Assembly: GCA_002633005.1 (NCBI GenBank)
Contig: NMRA01000041.1
Coordinates: forward strand, 62,001-126,000
From: Phoronis australis
Taxonomy: Eukaryota > Animalia > Phoronida
Direction of reading: 5' to 3'
Length of the DNA stretch: 64,000 nucleotides
Shown here: positions 25,501-35,961 of the stretch, one piece after another
Layout: each line of letters starts with the position of its first letter
Numbering within the stretch: the first letter of the stretch is position 1
Notes under the pieces: generated by a model
The model's input: only the letters and a program-made list of their open reading frames with translations
Databases searched by the model: none
What the model was told of the DNA's origin: nothing
Made by a program: the position numbers and the translations under genes

Positions 25501-28500
25501 GAAAATACTTTTTGTGAGTACTTTTGAGGACAATTTATTTTTTATGTAAACAGCATAGCAGCTAGGACGTTATAGCACTGAAGCTACATCATAAATTAAA
25601 GTTATTAGGTTTCACCGAGCTGGCATCTGATGAGTGAAGTCGTGATTGTTTCAGCGCTCAGTACCCACAACTACAAGAGCGTTATTACAAGCATGTAGCA
25701 AGTCTTCATTAAATGGTGAAATATTCTATACTGTTCGCTCGATCAGCTGTTCTCTACATCAAAAATATTGGGGTACGCCGGGATTTCCTAACGACAAAGG
25801 AACAATTGACCTATCGCAAGCTCCGCCCACTTGCGAAATGTCGACAAACAAACATTAAGTTTTACCGGTAACATGTTGCTTGTCGGGTAAAATGGCGGCT
25901 TGGAAAGAATGCTGCGTTCTAATTGGTCTGTTAAACCATCACTCCAAATTCTGGCGATAGGTCAACTCATAGGCGGCAATATGTGCAATGATTTTGTACT
26001 AATATTTTAAAGTGATCATTTCAGGGCATAATTCAATATCGCTGTGTTTCTTGGCCTCTACTCCAAATACGTTCTGTCATTTCCATATCAGCTTTACATT
26101 AGAAAAAAATAAAAAATTGGTCTAAGAGGCTAGCGTTTTTTTTAAAGAACCATTGGAACCGTCCACAATTAAATCATTGTCATCGGCATATCGCACAAAG
26201 TGGATGACATATGTTTCCTACACCAATGTTAACAATTTCCCTATTCAGCCGCGCCATTAATACCATAATATCTGCACACATGAAGAGATACGGAGAGTTT
26301 GAATGACCCCCTGTCGGCACCCGCAGCTAATTCCACAGTATTCTGAAGTGAAATATATGCTGAATCGCGGAGAGACGAGAATTTGCATTTAGAAGACGAA
26401 ACCTAATTGGGAAAAAGTTCACTGCAATAGAATATAGGTGTTTTATGCAGGAAAATCCATTAAATTTAATCAAGGTCTTCTCGAAGTCGAAAAATACAAT
26501 AAGGCCTGGAACATATATTCTTCTATATTTTGCATTAAGTCATCAATTTTATCGTGTTCTCAACTGTGTATTTCCGCGTCTTTCATCTTTTTTGATTATC
26601 ATTCACAATTCAGCTAATTATCAACTTCAATCGTTAAACAAGACAGCCTAATACCATTTGATAACTAGTATTAAATAAAAAACATGGAGAGCCAGTTTGC
26701 AAGGTGTTTTCTTTGGTTTCGTTCCCTTCGACAGAAGAGAAATCGCGCCTTAATTTTGACTCACAGTTAAAAGGCCATTCATAAAGCGACACTGACAGGT
26801 CTTTCCAAAAAGTATAAAATTCAGCGGAGAAGCCATCTGGGCCTGGCGATTTATTGTTTTCTCTCTAATGGCAGAGCCTCATCAACAGAAACTGGCCTAT
26901 CCAACTTATTTTTAACCCAACTGTCACTTAATAAAACATTCAAATTAACGCCATCTAATTAATCACCTCTACTTTACTTTTATACAACAATTTGTGAAAA
27001 ATGCTTATTTGCAATAACAGTTGAAACTGGTCTGCAATTGTTTTTCCAATCGAGTCGATCAATTTTGTAATATTTTTTATAATAGAGTTTCTTTTTTAAA
27101 TTTGAAAAAATATTTTGATGACTTATCGCCATACTCAATCCATCTTTGTGTTTGCAACTGATGGCTCCTTGTCTGCCGACAACAATCGCGCTGAATGGGG
27201 CTACTACATCTTCTCAGACAATACCACTATTGCGGAAGGATCTGGATTCCACAGCATATACACCGTCAGCACTCGCATGGAATTTGAGGCCATTCAACGT
27301 ACTTTCGTCAGTCTCTCTGAGCTGGATCTGGCTCAAGGCATTGTCAGCTTTGCATTCGACTCTATGACTGCCCTGTCTGAGATATTCTCCAACAACCTGC
27401 CAACTTACTGGACCATTTTCCGTGCCAACCATCCATCCCGTGCTGTGGTGTGGACCTACATGTATGTGCCTGGTCATGCCGGCGTCCAAGTGAATAAAGG
27501 AGTGGGTCACTGGGGCATCTAACGGAAACAGCCCTCTCAATTTGCATGTCTCCGACATCAAGCTTTTGGCTAAGCACTCTTCCACCGTCAACATGAAACA
27601 GAGAGCGTCTATCTATGGCGACGGGACCCGCATCCTGAACTCTGGAATTTTATTTGCAACCTGTGCCTCAAGCTTGTCCAGTCGAATAACGAGGCGACTG
27701 AAAAAATAGACAACTAACAGGTAACATCAGTATTGGGAATTTGCGTCTCCTGCTGTCAAGACGGAAGTGTAATGAGAATACTTGTGCCACCGCACATCGT
27801 CTTTGACCCTGTCTGCCACACGTAAGTTTCAGGTAATTTTAATCCATCTTGTTTGGGTTCTAATCATTGCTCCTCTCATACCTTAACGAACAGGTGAACG
27901 TATCATGTTTCTAAACCTTTTATGCGCCTATCGGTCTTTCTTTTTCTGATTGAATTTATTCGTTTTATGGTAAGTATTGAGCAAGAGTATTTCAAAATAC
28001 AAAAAAATAAATTTGAATTCAGTTCATTATCTGAAATCTCCAAAACAAAGAATGCATCTCTACTTACAAATCATGGCCACATAATCTACTACGCTTTCCT
28101 TTATTACATTTCTAACCAACTCCACATACTGAGTGTCTTTGAGGAGGCGTGGAACGCGAAAACTCGTCAAAAACACCATCACGCAACGTCTAGTATAGAG
28201 TAATTCACTTTCTCCTGTGAGGAAATTTTTAGAAAAAAAACACGGGACGGGGGTGATGGCTGGTACATATGAAGGGTGACACCAATGAATGCCAACCGTC
28301 ACCATTAGTATTATCATCGTCGTCATCGTAATAAAAATCATTAAATATTGATGACGGAATCGATAAAAAGCAAAAGCGTGCACAACCTGGGTCACTCGAC
28401 AAGTAAGCAAGGAATGTTCAGTCGATAAAAAAACGGTCGTTGGAAAATCTCAAGAAAAGTCAGTCGTAGAGAAAAATAGATAAACTGTCGTGTAGCGCCT

Positions 28501-30679
28501 AGCGAGATCCACCCATGTCCCAAGAATTGTCGAACGACGCCGGAATTACGGCACGGCAAACAAAATTTTTGAAACAATAGTGATCACAGCGAGACCTTAC
28601 GTCTGATTTAAATTCAACGGTTCTCGAGATTGTATGAAATCACGTTTGGTAAGCAAAGGTCTAGTAAGTCGAACCAAAAATGTAAAAAATAACAAAGTAG
28701 TTATAAAATCCTTCATGTGCTAAATGATGGGTTAATTAGCTAAGTAGTCAACTAATTAACTTGTAACTTCAAATAAGTTATTGTGTAATGGTAACGCTAA
28801 AAGGAAATGGACCAGATAATTTTCCGTCCGTGAGTGTTGTACCCCTGTCGGCTGTCCCCTGCTAACATCTCATTTAATTCAAACGCTACGTTTAAATGTA
28901 AAACGAGGGAAATAAAAAACGTGCTTGTGGAAAAGTCAAAACTTTGATATCTTGTAAAGCTTGGCTTCGTATTTGTAACAGGTGACTTTCAATAATCACT
29001 CGCCGTGCAGCATTGAAATAAGTGTGGGGCTACAGCTGCCAACCCCCAACCCCCCTATGGTACGCCGCTCATGATACAACAAATAAAAACCCATCGCAGC
29101 GTTTTGACCAATTTTTATCTTATGTTTCACCAACTTTTCACGATTAATTCATTTCAGAATGGAAACACGTTAAAGAAGTTTCTGTCCTTGACATTTCAGT
29201 TTTGATCAGCTCATGTTTTATTACAGTGAAGACATGTTCACTAATGCGATAATTGCAATACACATAGGAGTTTCGTGATATCAAGGGAGCACGGCGACAA
29301 CATTTTCCCCGATTGATATAGAGAAAACTTGTCCGACTACAATAAACCACTGAACGGCAGCGTTTCCTCAGGATTACATTAAAAAGTGACGTCACCTGCA
29401 CGAATAACGATTGTGACCAATATCAAGTGGACAGGACCCGCACAACTTCGACGACCTACCAAAGAAGGGGTCTATCGCCGCTCAGGTCAGGTTAACAGTG
29501 ATGTCACTCAAAAATCTATCTCTGTTCTACAAAGACCGCCGCACTTGGTCGAAAATGTTAAAAGCGGTGCTTAAGTACACTCGAATTTTAACAAGTGAAC
29601 GTATCTGGATGAGTTTCCCAACAGTTGGATGAAACTATGGCGATTTTAGAACACATACCGAAAAGGCATTTTTATTAATCATTTGCTTAAATGTTTTGCA
29701 GCTAGTAAATGCCTCTTCGACATCTTTAAATAAACTAGTTCCAGGAAAAGGGAAGTAATTACCTTGACAAGTCTGTTTTGCTATTTTGTCCTCGACTTTC
29801 GACAAATCCTTAAAATTTGTCACTGCAGTCGCCCATTCGCTAGCCGGCTTATTGACCACTTTGTCAAGCTCATTGAGAACCAAAGACAATCCAATCCCAA
29901 TACCCATGATGTGGGCCACATTGATCTTCCGTGCAGTGTCTGCTTCAAGTACGGTTTCATCGCTTCTATCAGACACCCATCAGTAACCAATATGGCAATA
30001 TTTCGAGCGTCGACTCTGTCACCATGTTTTAGCTTGAACGCTTCCTCTCGCATAAGTTTCAACCTCCTACGTAAGCAGTGTTTCTGACGGCCANTTATGT
30101 CATCCACGCCATGAGTAGCATTTCACATACTGGTAAAGTTACTCGAGGTCTGGGTTCGAGTCCCACCAGGTCACACTGCTAAACCCTTGAGCCAGGTTTC
30201 TAGCTCCTCAGCTCGGTTTTAACCATATATGAATAAAGTATAAAAATAGTTTCAGGTGATCAGTGCAATGGGCCCACATGCGAGGCCTGCGCACGTCTGG
30301 TACAACGTGAGACCACTAGCAAGTGTTTTTTGTGTTACTAAATTTCTGTTTGTCTAAATATTGTGTGAAAAGTGGGATGGATGACATGACAGTTGGCTTC
30401 AAGCAGTAACTGCAGTTACTGGGTCCTCAGTAGCTCAGTGGTAAGAGCATTAGACCGGCAATGAAAAGACCTCTGTTTTTACCTAACTTAGGAAGGAATT
30501 CGTTGAGCATCCAGTTGGCACCTGCTAACTTTACCTGTTGTTCTCTGTTTCGTTCTCGTCCTCAGGCCTGTAGTCCTTGGTGTTGCAACTGTTCTTGTTG
30601 GTCTCTCTGTTGTTGAAACCACCGTTGTAGGAGTGGTTGTTTGCCTCATTGCTCTGGTTGTTGTTGTTGCTGCTGCTCT

Positions 30680-30714
<35 letters not shown>

Positions 30715-33700
30715 TTGCTGCTGTTGTTGTTGACCGCGTCGTTGTTCTTACTTTAACGGCGACTGAAATCAATGACAGTAACACCTATGGTTACAGCCGG
30801 TGAGATTCGCTAGTCCGTGGGAGATCATGGGTCTGTATTAACTTAAGGTTTTTGATAACATGTTCAAGAAGCCACGTTATTAATGTATATTCGTCGGTGA
30901 AAGATGACTGTACCCTTCTTGACACACGTAGAACATGATATTGTACAGTCATTCTTGACAGACTTCATAACTGAGCGGCTATATCATTTATCAGCGTGGT
31001 ACAAGTGTTCAGCAATAAACGATGAGAAAGGGTTATGACAGTGGCGGCACGCGTCATTGTGTGATAAGGCCCCACCAGAGACTTGAGGTCACGACTTCGT
31101 GCTAACACATCAAGTCTATTAAGAATAATTTTGAAATACTTCTCAGGAGAACCTATTTAAAATAAACAGATAAAAACAATGAACACGAGCACGAACGCTC
31201 GCAAGCACGCAGACACACACCGTTAGCCCTGCAATTGAGCGCATGTGCATAATTTTTGAGCTGCAACTTAGTGCGGGACTTTCGAGTAGAACTTGCCCTG
31301 ATTACGGTGCCCTACAACAAGGCTAAAGGCTATTTAAAAATTAAGTTATGAGTTTAAAAACAGCTATTTTTAGTATTCGACCAATACTCTAACCTTTGTA
31401 TTTCTCTCGCAGTGTCAATGACAACACATACTGTGTGAAATAAAATAGTTCGGTTTGCGTATTTTAAAAAATCAAGGTGCACCTATAGGCTAATCGGAGA
31501 ACCGTGGGCGCTTAATTGCAGAATTTATGCGCATGTGCCTATGTACGAGACATCTGAGTGCATAACCTTGCGGGAAAACTGTATTGTTCCCCATAGGCTT
31601 ATTTGCAGGATTATGCAGTATATGTAAACTATAGGGGTGGGACGATACACATTTTTAGGAATTCTTTTTCATCCTTTTTATGAGGAATTTAACTGAATTG
31701 TTTTCGATTCGATTCTTGTATGTCAAATTAATTCATTTTCCTCAAGCATATAAGTAGTTAACATGCCAGTCGCACCTGAATTTTAGCAACAAAATTGTTT
31801 TAAACACATTGACAGATTCCAGCTCACCAACGATTCTGAACTGTTTATTTGTTAAATATCTCAATAATACTCTTCAAAAAGTACCAGTAATTCGTAACTT
31901 TGTAATAAACCTAACGGCGAAAATTGGAACTAAGAATCCACCCGAAGGAACCTTTCAGTATTATCGAAATCGGTCGCTCTCGCGTTGCAACTCGATTGCG
32001 ATTTGGTTATTCATCGCACGCTTAGTATATTACACTTAACTTCAGGGTATCTTCTTAAGTCGCAATTAATATAAATGCGCCCGGAGGGCATATCATTTGT
32101 TAGACAACGACCATCGTCTGTATCCAGCAGAGGCGATGGTCATTGCCTAATCATTTGTAAGAGAATACCTTTGCATGCTTGCTGAGCTACTATGTCCTTT
32201 ATTCCGGCCAAATCACTGAACTTCTTCGCCATGGCTACCCATTCAGCCGTTGGTTTATTAGCCACCTCTTCCAACTCTAACGGCATGGTGCTAAAGCCTA
32301 TTCCTATGGCCATGATGTAAGGTACAATTTTCAACGATCTCGCTTCCCCAGCTTCATCTATTGTTTCTAAAGGGGAATTTGAAATCCCGTCCGTTACTAG
32401 GATGGCTATGTTCGGTGCATTTGGGCGGTCACCATTTCGAGGAAGATACATCTGCTCTCTCATCATTTTAATAGCGGCGTGTGTTGCTGTCGTTCCCCCG
32501 TCGTAAGGGATTCTCCTTACAGCGGACACGATGTCGTTTTTCTTGTTGTACGCATTCAAATGGAATTGTAAATGCGCATCTCCGTTGAAAAGTACCAGTC
32601 CCACTTGGATGTCATGTACACCGATTGTAAAGCTGTTGATGACGTCAGCAATAAAACTCTTGGACAGGTCGAAATTGGCTGTTCCTACACTCTGCGAACT
32701 ATCCAATAAGAAAACTACGTCTGCTTTTGCGCGGCATTCTGGAGCTGATGTAGCTGAAAATGGGAATCGTTATCTGTTGAAACGTTGTCGAATGATGGAA
32801 AAATGTGCACTGCTTCAAATCTTTAACACGGTAGAATTGGAAATAGGCACAACGAATGTCAAATGAAATAAAACCTGTCGCACGAACATTTAAGGTGTTA
32901 CACACGCAGCAGTCTGAGGTACAACATACTTCCTATGTCGCAATGATGTTGCAAGTCGCGCAAAGTGCGTGTCAAACAAGAAGGTTTAATTAAAGGGTGT
33001 CTCGTCAGCATCAAGGTGTACATAAACAATGTGTTGACCAATCCACGTTTGTGGCTGCATCTCCCACTACAAACAATGTAAAATTTCTGCAGTTGTTAGT
33101 ATAGAATGCGAGCCGAGCTGGTCATCAAGCAAGTGGAAGCGCGCCAAGAATTGCAACAGTACTTTATAATACCAGGTAGATGTAGTGGAAAGACGCCGCT
33201 TTGTTACGAAAATGTTTGAGAACTGCTATCAAAGTGAACAAGCACAGAACATTCTTTCTTCGCGAACTGGGTAAATAGTTGCGTGTTGCGAGACATTCTG
33301 GATAATTTTCCTATTGTTCACGACATGACAGAACACTAAGTAGTCAAGTCTGCACATCGCGTCTCAGCAACACGTCATCACGTTTATTTTAAACGAAAAA
33401 TTCTTGCATACTTACCGCCTAAATGCCTTATTTATGAACAAAAAATCTTGAATGTTGTTATTAATGCTAATAAGCTGGTCGCAAATTTTCGATCCTTACC
33501 ATGTCAACAACATGGTAACAGCGTTAACAGGTAAGCACAATACGACAAAGAGTGTATTACTCCAAAACTAGGCCAGTGTTACCGCTGCTAACCATAGATA
33601 GACCCACTGGCTGCTTGTTTCGATACAGTTATGCAGCCTTAACAAGAGGCGAGGTTTTCATAAACTTTTGGTTTCCCATGGAATTTTTAGTGGTATTCTG

Positions 33701-33963
33701 GTAACCTGCACGTGTTATTTTTCAACTTTGCTTTATTGAAGTTGTTTGTTTACATTTTAAATTTGTATTTCCTCTGTGCTCATTTTCCGCTGTACATGTG
33801 TCTTCGAACAAACAAATGAAAAATATCAAGAAATTCACTTTAGATGATTGAACAAAATCTACGAAGACCTCGTATATAGTTTTGTACAACAAACCACCTT
33901 ACCTGAGTGTACAGTGAAACCCAGCAGGAAAGTACAGATGAAATCTCGTGACAGAGGGTGCAT
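7393..33963 (-). CDS. Multi-exon gene: signal peptide - vWA x3-4 - C-type lectin x2 - mucin stalk - TM (predicted type I membrane lectin/adhesion receptor, ~1300-1500 aa)
   Basis: Chain of AG/GT-bounded exons, nearly all phase 1-1, read by hand: 33903-33963, 32169-32753, 30535-30762, [29763-~30063 damaged], 25207-25296, 24276-24863, 23377-23469, 22390-22977, 21206-21295 (duplicate 18695-18784), 16470-16682, 15341-15427, 14727-14816, 9318-9599, 8767-8916, 7834-8506, 7393/7397-7576. Joining into one transcript is inference. Confidence 0.7.
7834..8506 (-). CDS. Ser/Thr-rich mucin stalk exon
   Basis: ctttcag acceptor, ~224 codons rich in T/S/P; 3' boundary (AG|GTACAT) less certain. Confidence 0.7.
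8767..8916 (-). CDS. C-type lectin domain 2, exon b
   Basis: ctaacttttcag acceptor; NSDITNSLFWSPGEPSNPQNEHCIEVMGTTGHLLNDLDCETKRNFVCQY; 150 nt. Confidence 0.85.
9318..9599 (-). CDS. C-type lectin domain 2, exon a
   Basis: STICGQLSTEGKCIRIDKTKYYYF...KWSDAVGRCKQRHGVLARI...YWIDG...WTWAD; 282 nt, phase 1-1. Confidence 0.85.
10430..10640 (+). repeat. Dispersed repeat; diverged second copy at ~49590-49805
   Basis: Shared blocks such as TTTGAGGGTTGTCGA.GGTTACA and TTTGTTTCAGAGAACTG. Confidence 0.7.
11340..14348 (-). mobile_element. Degenerate Academ (AcademX-type) DNA transposon
   Basis: Fragments AGRADSFLQASQWSRTRYASQVT, FEFWNVIL, REDNLDDFFMHEN, FDAYTENSLKATARAARG, FLQNSMNKEELF, CGHEEGDT (XPG/PIN-like), LPIPPTQSA...QAGMW...PSPDGLGW; terminus-like ...GCTAAGGGACCGCACTG at ~14331-14347. 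Confidence 0.7.
14727..14816 (-). CDS. C-type lectin domain 1, exon c (WND motif)
   Basis: tttacag acceptor; DDPPLYKWNDGFKGNNEIWGIPCFYICQFN; G|GTAAGT donor; 90 nt. Confidence 0.85.
15341..15427 (-). CDS. C-type lectin domain 1, exon b (EPN motif)
   Basis: gttttcag acceptor; GEEVSWYNWHLGEPNDLAGHEDVLQIFPK; G|GTAATA donor; 87 nt; not in the ORF track. Confidence 0.85.
15482..15615 (+). repeat. Dispersed repeat (DNA transposon end); related copy at ~28141-28240
   Basis: Shared GAGGC.TGGAACGCGAA and GCAACGTCTAGTA...GTAATTCACTTT. Confidence 0.6.
16470..16682 (-). CDS. C-type lectin domain 1, exon a
   Basis: RYELVQERKNWNDARWHCINDGGRLAVI...TWIAGFKKKQWFFSN; 213 nt, phase 1-1. Confidence 0.85.
16772..17666. 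mobile_element. Non-autonomous DNA transposon (MITE) with ~130-bp imperfect TIRs
   Basis: CAAGG...CCTTG ends, long inverted similarity, ATACT on both flanks. Confidence 0.75.
17963..18386. mobile_element. MITE (PIF/Harbinger-like); related copies ~20465-20894 and ~54277-54593
   Basis: TIRs GTTGCATATAACAGCCCCAAATAGGGACTCAACT / AGTTGAGTCCCTATTTGGGACTGTTTCATGCAAC. Confidence 0.75.
18695..18784 (-). CDS. Second copy of the Thr-rich linker exon (inside duplicated block, probably the other haplotype)
   Basis: VAVEKFVSTTTTEATFSQTETPSTKRPSTT; near-identical to 21206-21295. Confidence 0.5.
21206..21295 (-). CDS. Thr-rich linker exon
   Basis: VAVEKFITSTTTEATFSQTETPSTKRPSTT; 90 nt, phase 1-1; paralogous to 23377-23469. 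Confidence 0.75.
22390..22977 (-). CDS. vWA domain exon 4
   Basis: ITPPSSECEAAADLVFLLDASGSV...GGKTNTGGAL...VVTDG...GICK; MIDAS intact; 588 nt, phase 1-1. Confidence 0.9.
23377..23469 (-). CDS. Thr-rich linker exon
   Basis: VAVEDKLTTTTDTEVTVMPSTRRPTSFSVTT; catgcag acceptor, G|GTAATC donor; 93 nt. Confidence 0.8.
24276..24863 (-). CDS. vWA domain exon 3
   Basis: ITPPTPRCEAAGDLIFVLDASDSV...GGTTNTGGAL...IVMTDG...AACK; MIDAS intact; 588 nt, phase 1-1. Confidence 0.9.
25207..25296 (-). CDS. Thr-rich linker exon
   Basis: ttgcag acceptor, VALHGSLGNVVTTPTMAVATTEAVKPKTQK, A|GTAAGT donor; 90 nt, phase 1-1. Confidence 0.7.
26760..27110 (-). mobile_element. Degenerate L1/Tx1 LINE ORF2 fragment
   Basis: KSPGPDGFSAEFYTFW on the minus strand at ~26805-26852. 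Confidence 0.7.
27130..27522 (+). mobile_element. Retroelement RNase H fragment
   Basis: VFATDGS, STRMEFEAI, FDSMTAL, YVPGHAGVQVN: RNase HI catalytic motifs, degenerate. Confidence 0.8.
29763..30063 (-). pseudogene. vWA domain exon 2, 3' half only, with a 1-bp frameshift
   Basis: KLMREEAFKLKHGDRVDARNIAILVTDG then frame change at the GGG run (29976-29978) to VSDRSDETVLEADTARK...QTCQ; donor G|GTAATT intact; 5' half absent, N at 30094. Confidence 0.7.
30421..30475 (+). mobile_element. tRNA-derived SINE head fragment (B-box-like fragment also at ~30145-30175)
   Basis: GTAGCTCAGTGGTAAGAGCATTAGAC A-box-like; GGTTCGAGTCCC at ~30153; no complete cloverleaf. Confidence 0.55.
30535..30762 (-). CDS. 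Thr-rich mucin-like linker exon
   Basis: atttcag acceptor, VAVKVRTTTRSTTTAATTTTT...RTT, G|GTAAAG donor; 228 nt, phase 1-1; (ACA)n-type coding microsatellite. Confidence 0.8.
32101..32149. mobile_element. 49-bp hairpin mini-transposon, TAG...CTA ends, 9-bp TSD
   Basis: ATCATTTGT on both flanks; imperfect palindrome. Confidence 0.8.
32169..32753 (-). CDS. vWA domain exon 1
   Basis: ttttcag acceptor; TSAPECRAKADVVFLLDSSQSVG...GGTTAT...ILVTDG...QACK; MIDAS DxSxS/T/D intact; 585 nt, phase 1-1. Confidence 0.9.
33903..33963 (-). CDS. Putative first coding exon (signal peptide) of the vWA/C-type lectin gene
   Basis: ATG at 33963, MHPLSRDFICTFLLGFTVHS(A), strong phase-1 donor CAG|GTAAGG matching the phase-1 vWA1 exon. 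Confidence 0.65.
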
Positions 33964-35069
33964 CCTAAAACTTCATTTACAACAGTCGCACGGTAGAGTA
34001 ATTGTCTAACACGAAATATGAATGTATATATACATTCTGTCGCCCCATTGTTTGAAAAGGAAATTAACAATAGAATACATCCTCTTAGATAGAACACAAA
34101 TGCATACTGCTCTTGGTTGTTCGTGGGTTCGCGGTTGATATGCGTATCAAATTAATTAAAGTAACAAATTCTTGCATGGGCATTTTTGTCTTGATTCACC
34201 GTTACCCTCTCGTTGCTTACACTCCGATAAAATGGGTGGTTGCAGTTTGTTGAGTTTTTCTTCAGTCCTTTATTAAAGGAAATGCAACTAAAATATTTTG
34301 ATTTTCTCTCATCTTATTATTTTTCAAATTCAGAAAACTAAACAAGTGACGATTTTATAAAATTGGAGGATAAAAAAAAATTGAAAACGATGAGAATCTT
34401 TGCTTTATACTCTACACAGTCTATGACAATTTTATGGTTTTCCTTTCACCAACTGCCATGTTTAAATAGTCGACTTACAGACGATGAAAAGACAGTTCAG
34501 TGAAATCACAAGGCCGGTCCTACCGGCTAAAAAGCTAACCGGGTATGCGCGCCGTGTGGTAATAAGTTAATCCGCCTTTCCAAGTTATGTAACGATTTAC
34601 TGCAGCGACTGCATGAAACAAGCGGTATTCCCGTGATAAACTCAATATATTACTATCTCCAAACTTGCAGTTGCGGAGTTATCTGTCTTACTCTGGAAAA
34701 TCCGAATTAATATGTATTCCAATCTGAGATAAACCTTTTCACACATTTCTAGACCAATATTTTTCGATAAGACAATACTTTTAATCCTCGTGATCGGCGT
34801 GCCCCGACTGTGTTGGAAGCATTCTTATATTGGTTCGGCAAATGCGAAGGGTACGGTAGATGCACTCATGGTTCACAGATTCAGGCCGCAAATGTTTTGT
34901 GATTGGCATTCTCGCTTGTTGCAAGTGACAAGAGGAACAAACGGTTAAGAACATTAACTTTACCAAGAGTATCACGTACACCTGGGTAGAGTTCGGTAGG
35001 GCCTCGCTAAAAAGCAGGAATCGCCAGGCTGCGTGGTACATTGCCGCATATTTTGAATGAGAACAGGTG

Positions 35070-35961
35070 AATTTGGTAAGATTTTAATGAGATCCTTTCT
35101 ATCTCACAGAACACAGATAATCGTAGTCGATGGTGAGTTCTCCCTCCCCAGTTTAATCAGGGGTGCCCTGGGCTCTGCCCTGGTCCTGCACTCTTCATAC
35201 TCTACATTAACGACCTTCCTGACTTCATTTTTTCAAATGTCCGCCTCTTTGCACAAGATGCAGTCTTCTATAGACTCATTGCTTTCCTCCATGACTGTCA
35301 AATACTTCAAAAAGACTGAGACTCCCTAGTCTTCCGAGAAAAATCCTGGAACATATATTTCAACGTTTCCAAAATGCGATATTCTACGTACCCACACAAT
35401 CATCTATAAGGCAAACAGAACTCTTGGCTTCAATAAACGTAATATCTACTATGCACCTCACGAAACAAAAGCCTGGGCCTACACTTCACTAGTGAGGCCC
35501 CAACTGGAACATTTCTCATCTGTCTGTGGTCATCCACTCTCTCCAGTATTGACAAGATAGAAAGAATACAATGTACAGCGTAGAGCAGCCAGGGTCGTCC
35601 TAAACGACCACTGAAGATACTCCTCTGTTTCGTCTGTGCTTACCACGCTCAAATAACCCGCTTTTCAACAAAGACAAGTGCTCAAAATCAAGAGTCTTTC
35701 ATATACAAGACCGTATACAACCTGGTTGCCATTCCCCACACATACCTTCCACTCTCACATATTTCTAGATCACGTAGGCCCTAATTCCCACCCTCATACC
35801 CTTGAAAGAACATACAGCCGCACAGCATACTACGCAAACTTTTTCTTCCCATCTACTATTTTACTCTGGAGCAGACTCCCACTACATGTCATCTCATCAC
35901 AAACAATAGAGATGTCCACGAGTCACATCTCAAACACCAACCTTACTCAGTAAATAATAAA
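35070..35961 (+). mobile_element. 5'-truncated CR1-like LINE remnant
   Basis: SFLSHRTQIIVVDGEFS, LFILYINDLPD, KANRTLGF, AYTSLVRPQLE, NFFFPSTILLW; A-rich tail. Confidence 0.8.

Noticed and set aside
27115-27522. Cellular RNase H1 gene
   Set aside because: Intronless, degenerate, lacks a proper C-terminal catalytic motif and sits beside LINE debris.
30140-30475. tRNA gene
   Set aside because: A-box-like and B-box-like pieces are separated and in the wrong order; no full cloverleaf. SINE fragments.
33410-33600. Alternative first exons with GTAAG donors for the vWA gene
   Set aside because: No ATG-initiated open frame in the required phase; 33903-33963 fits better.
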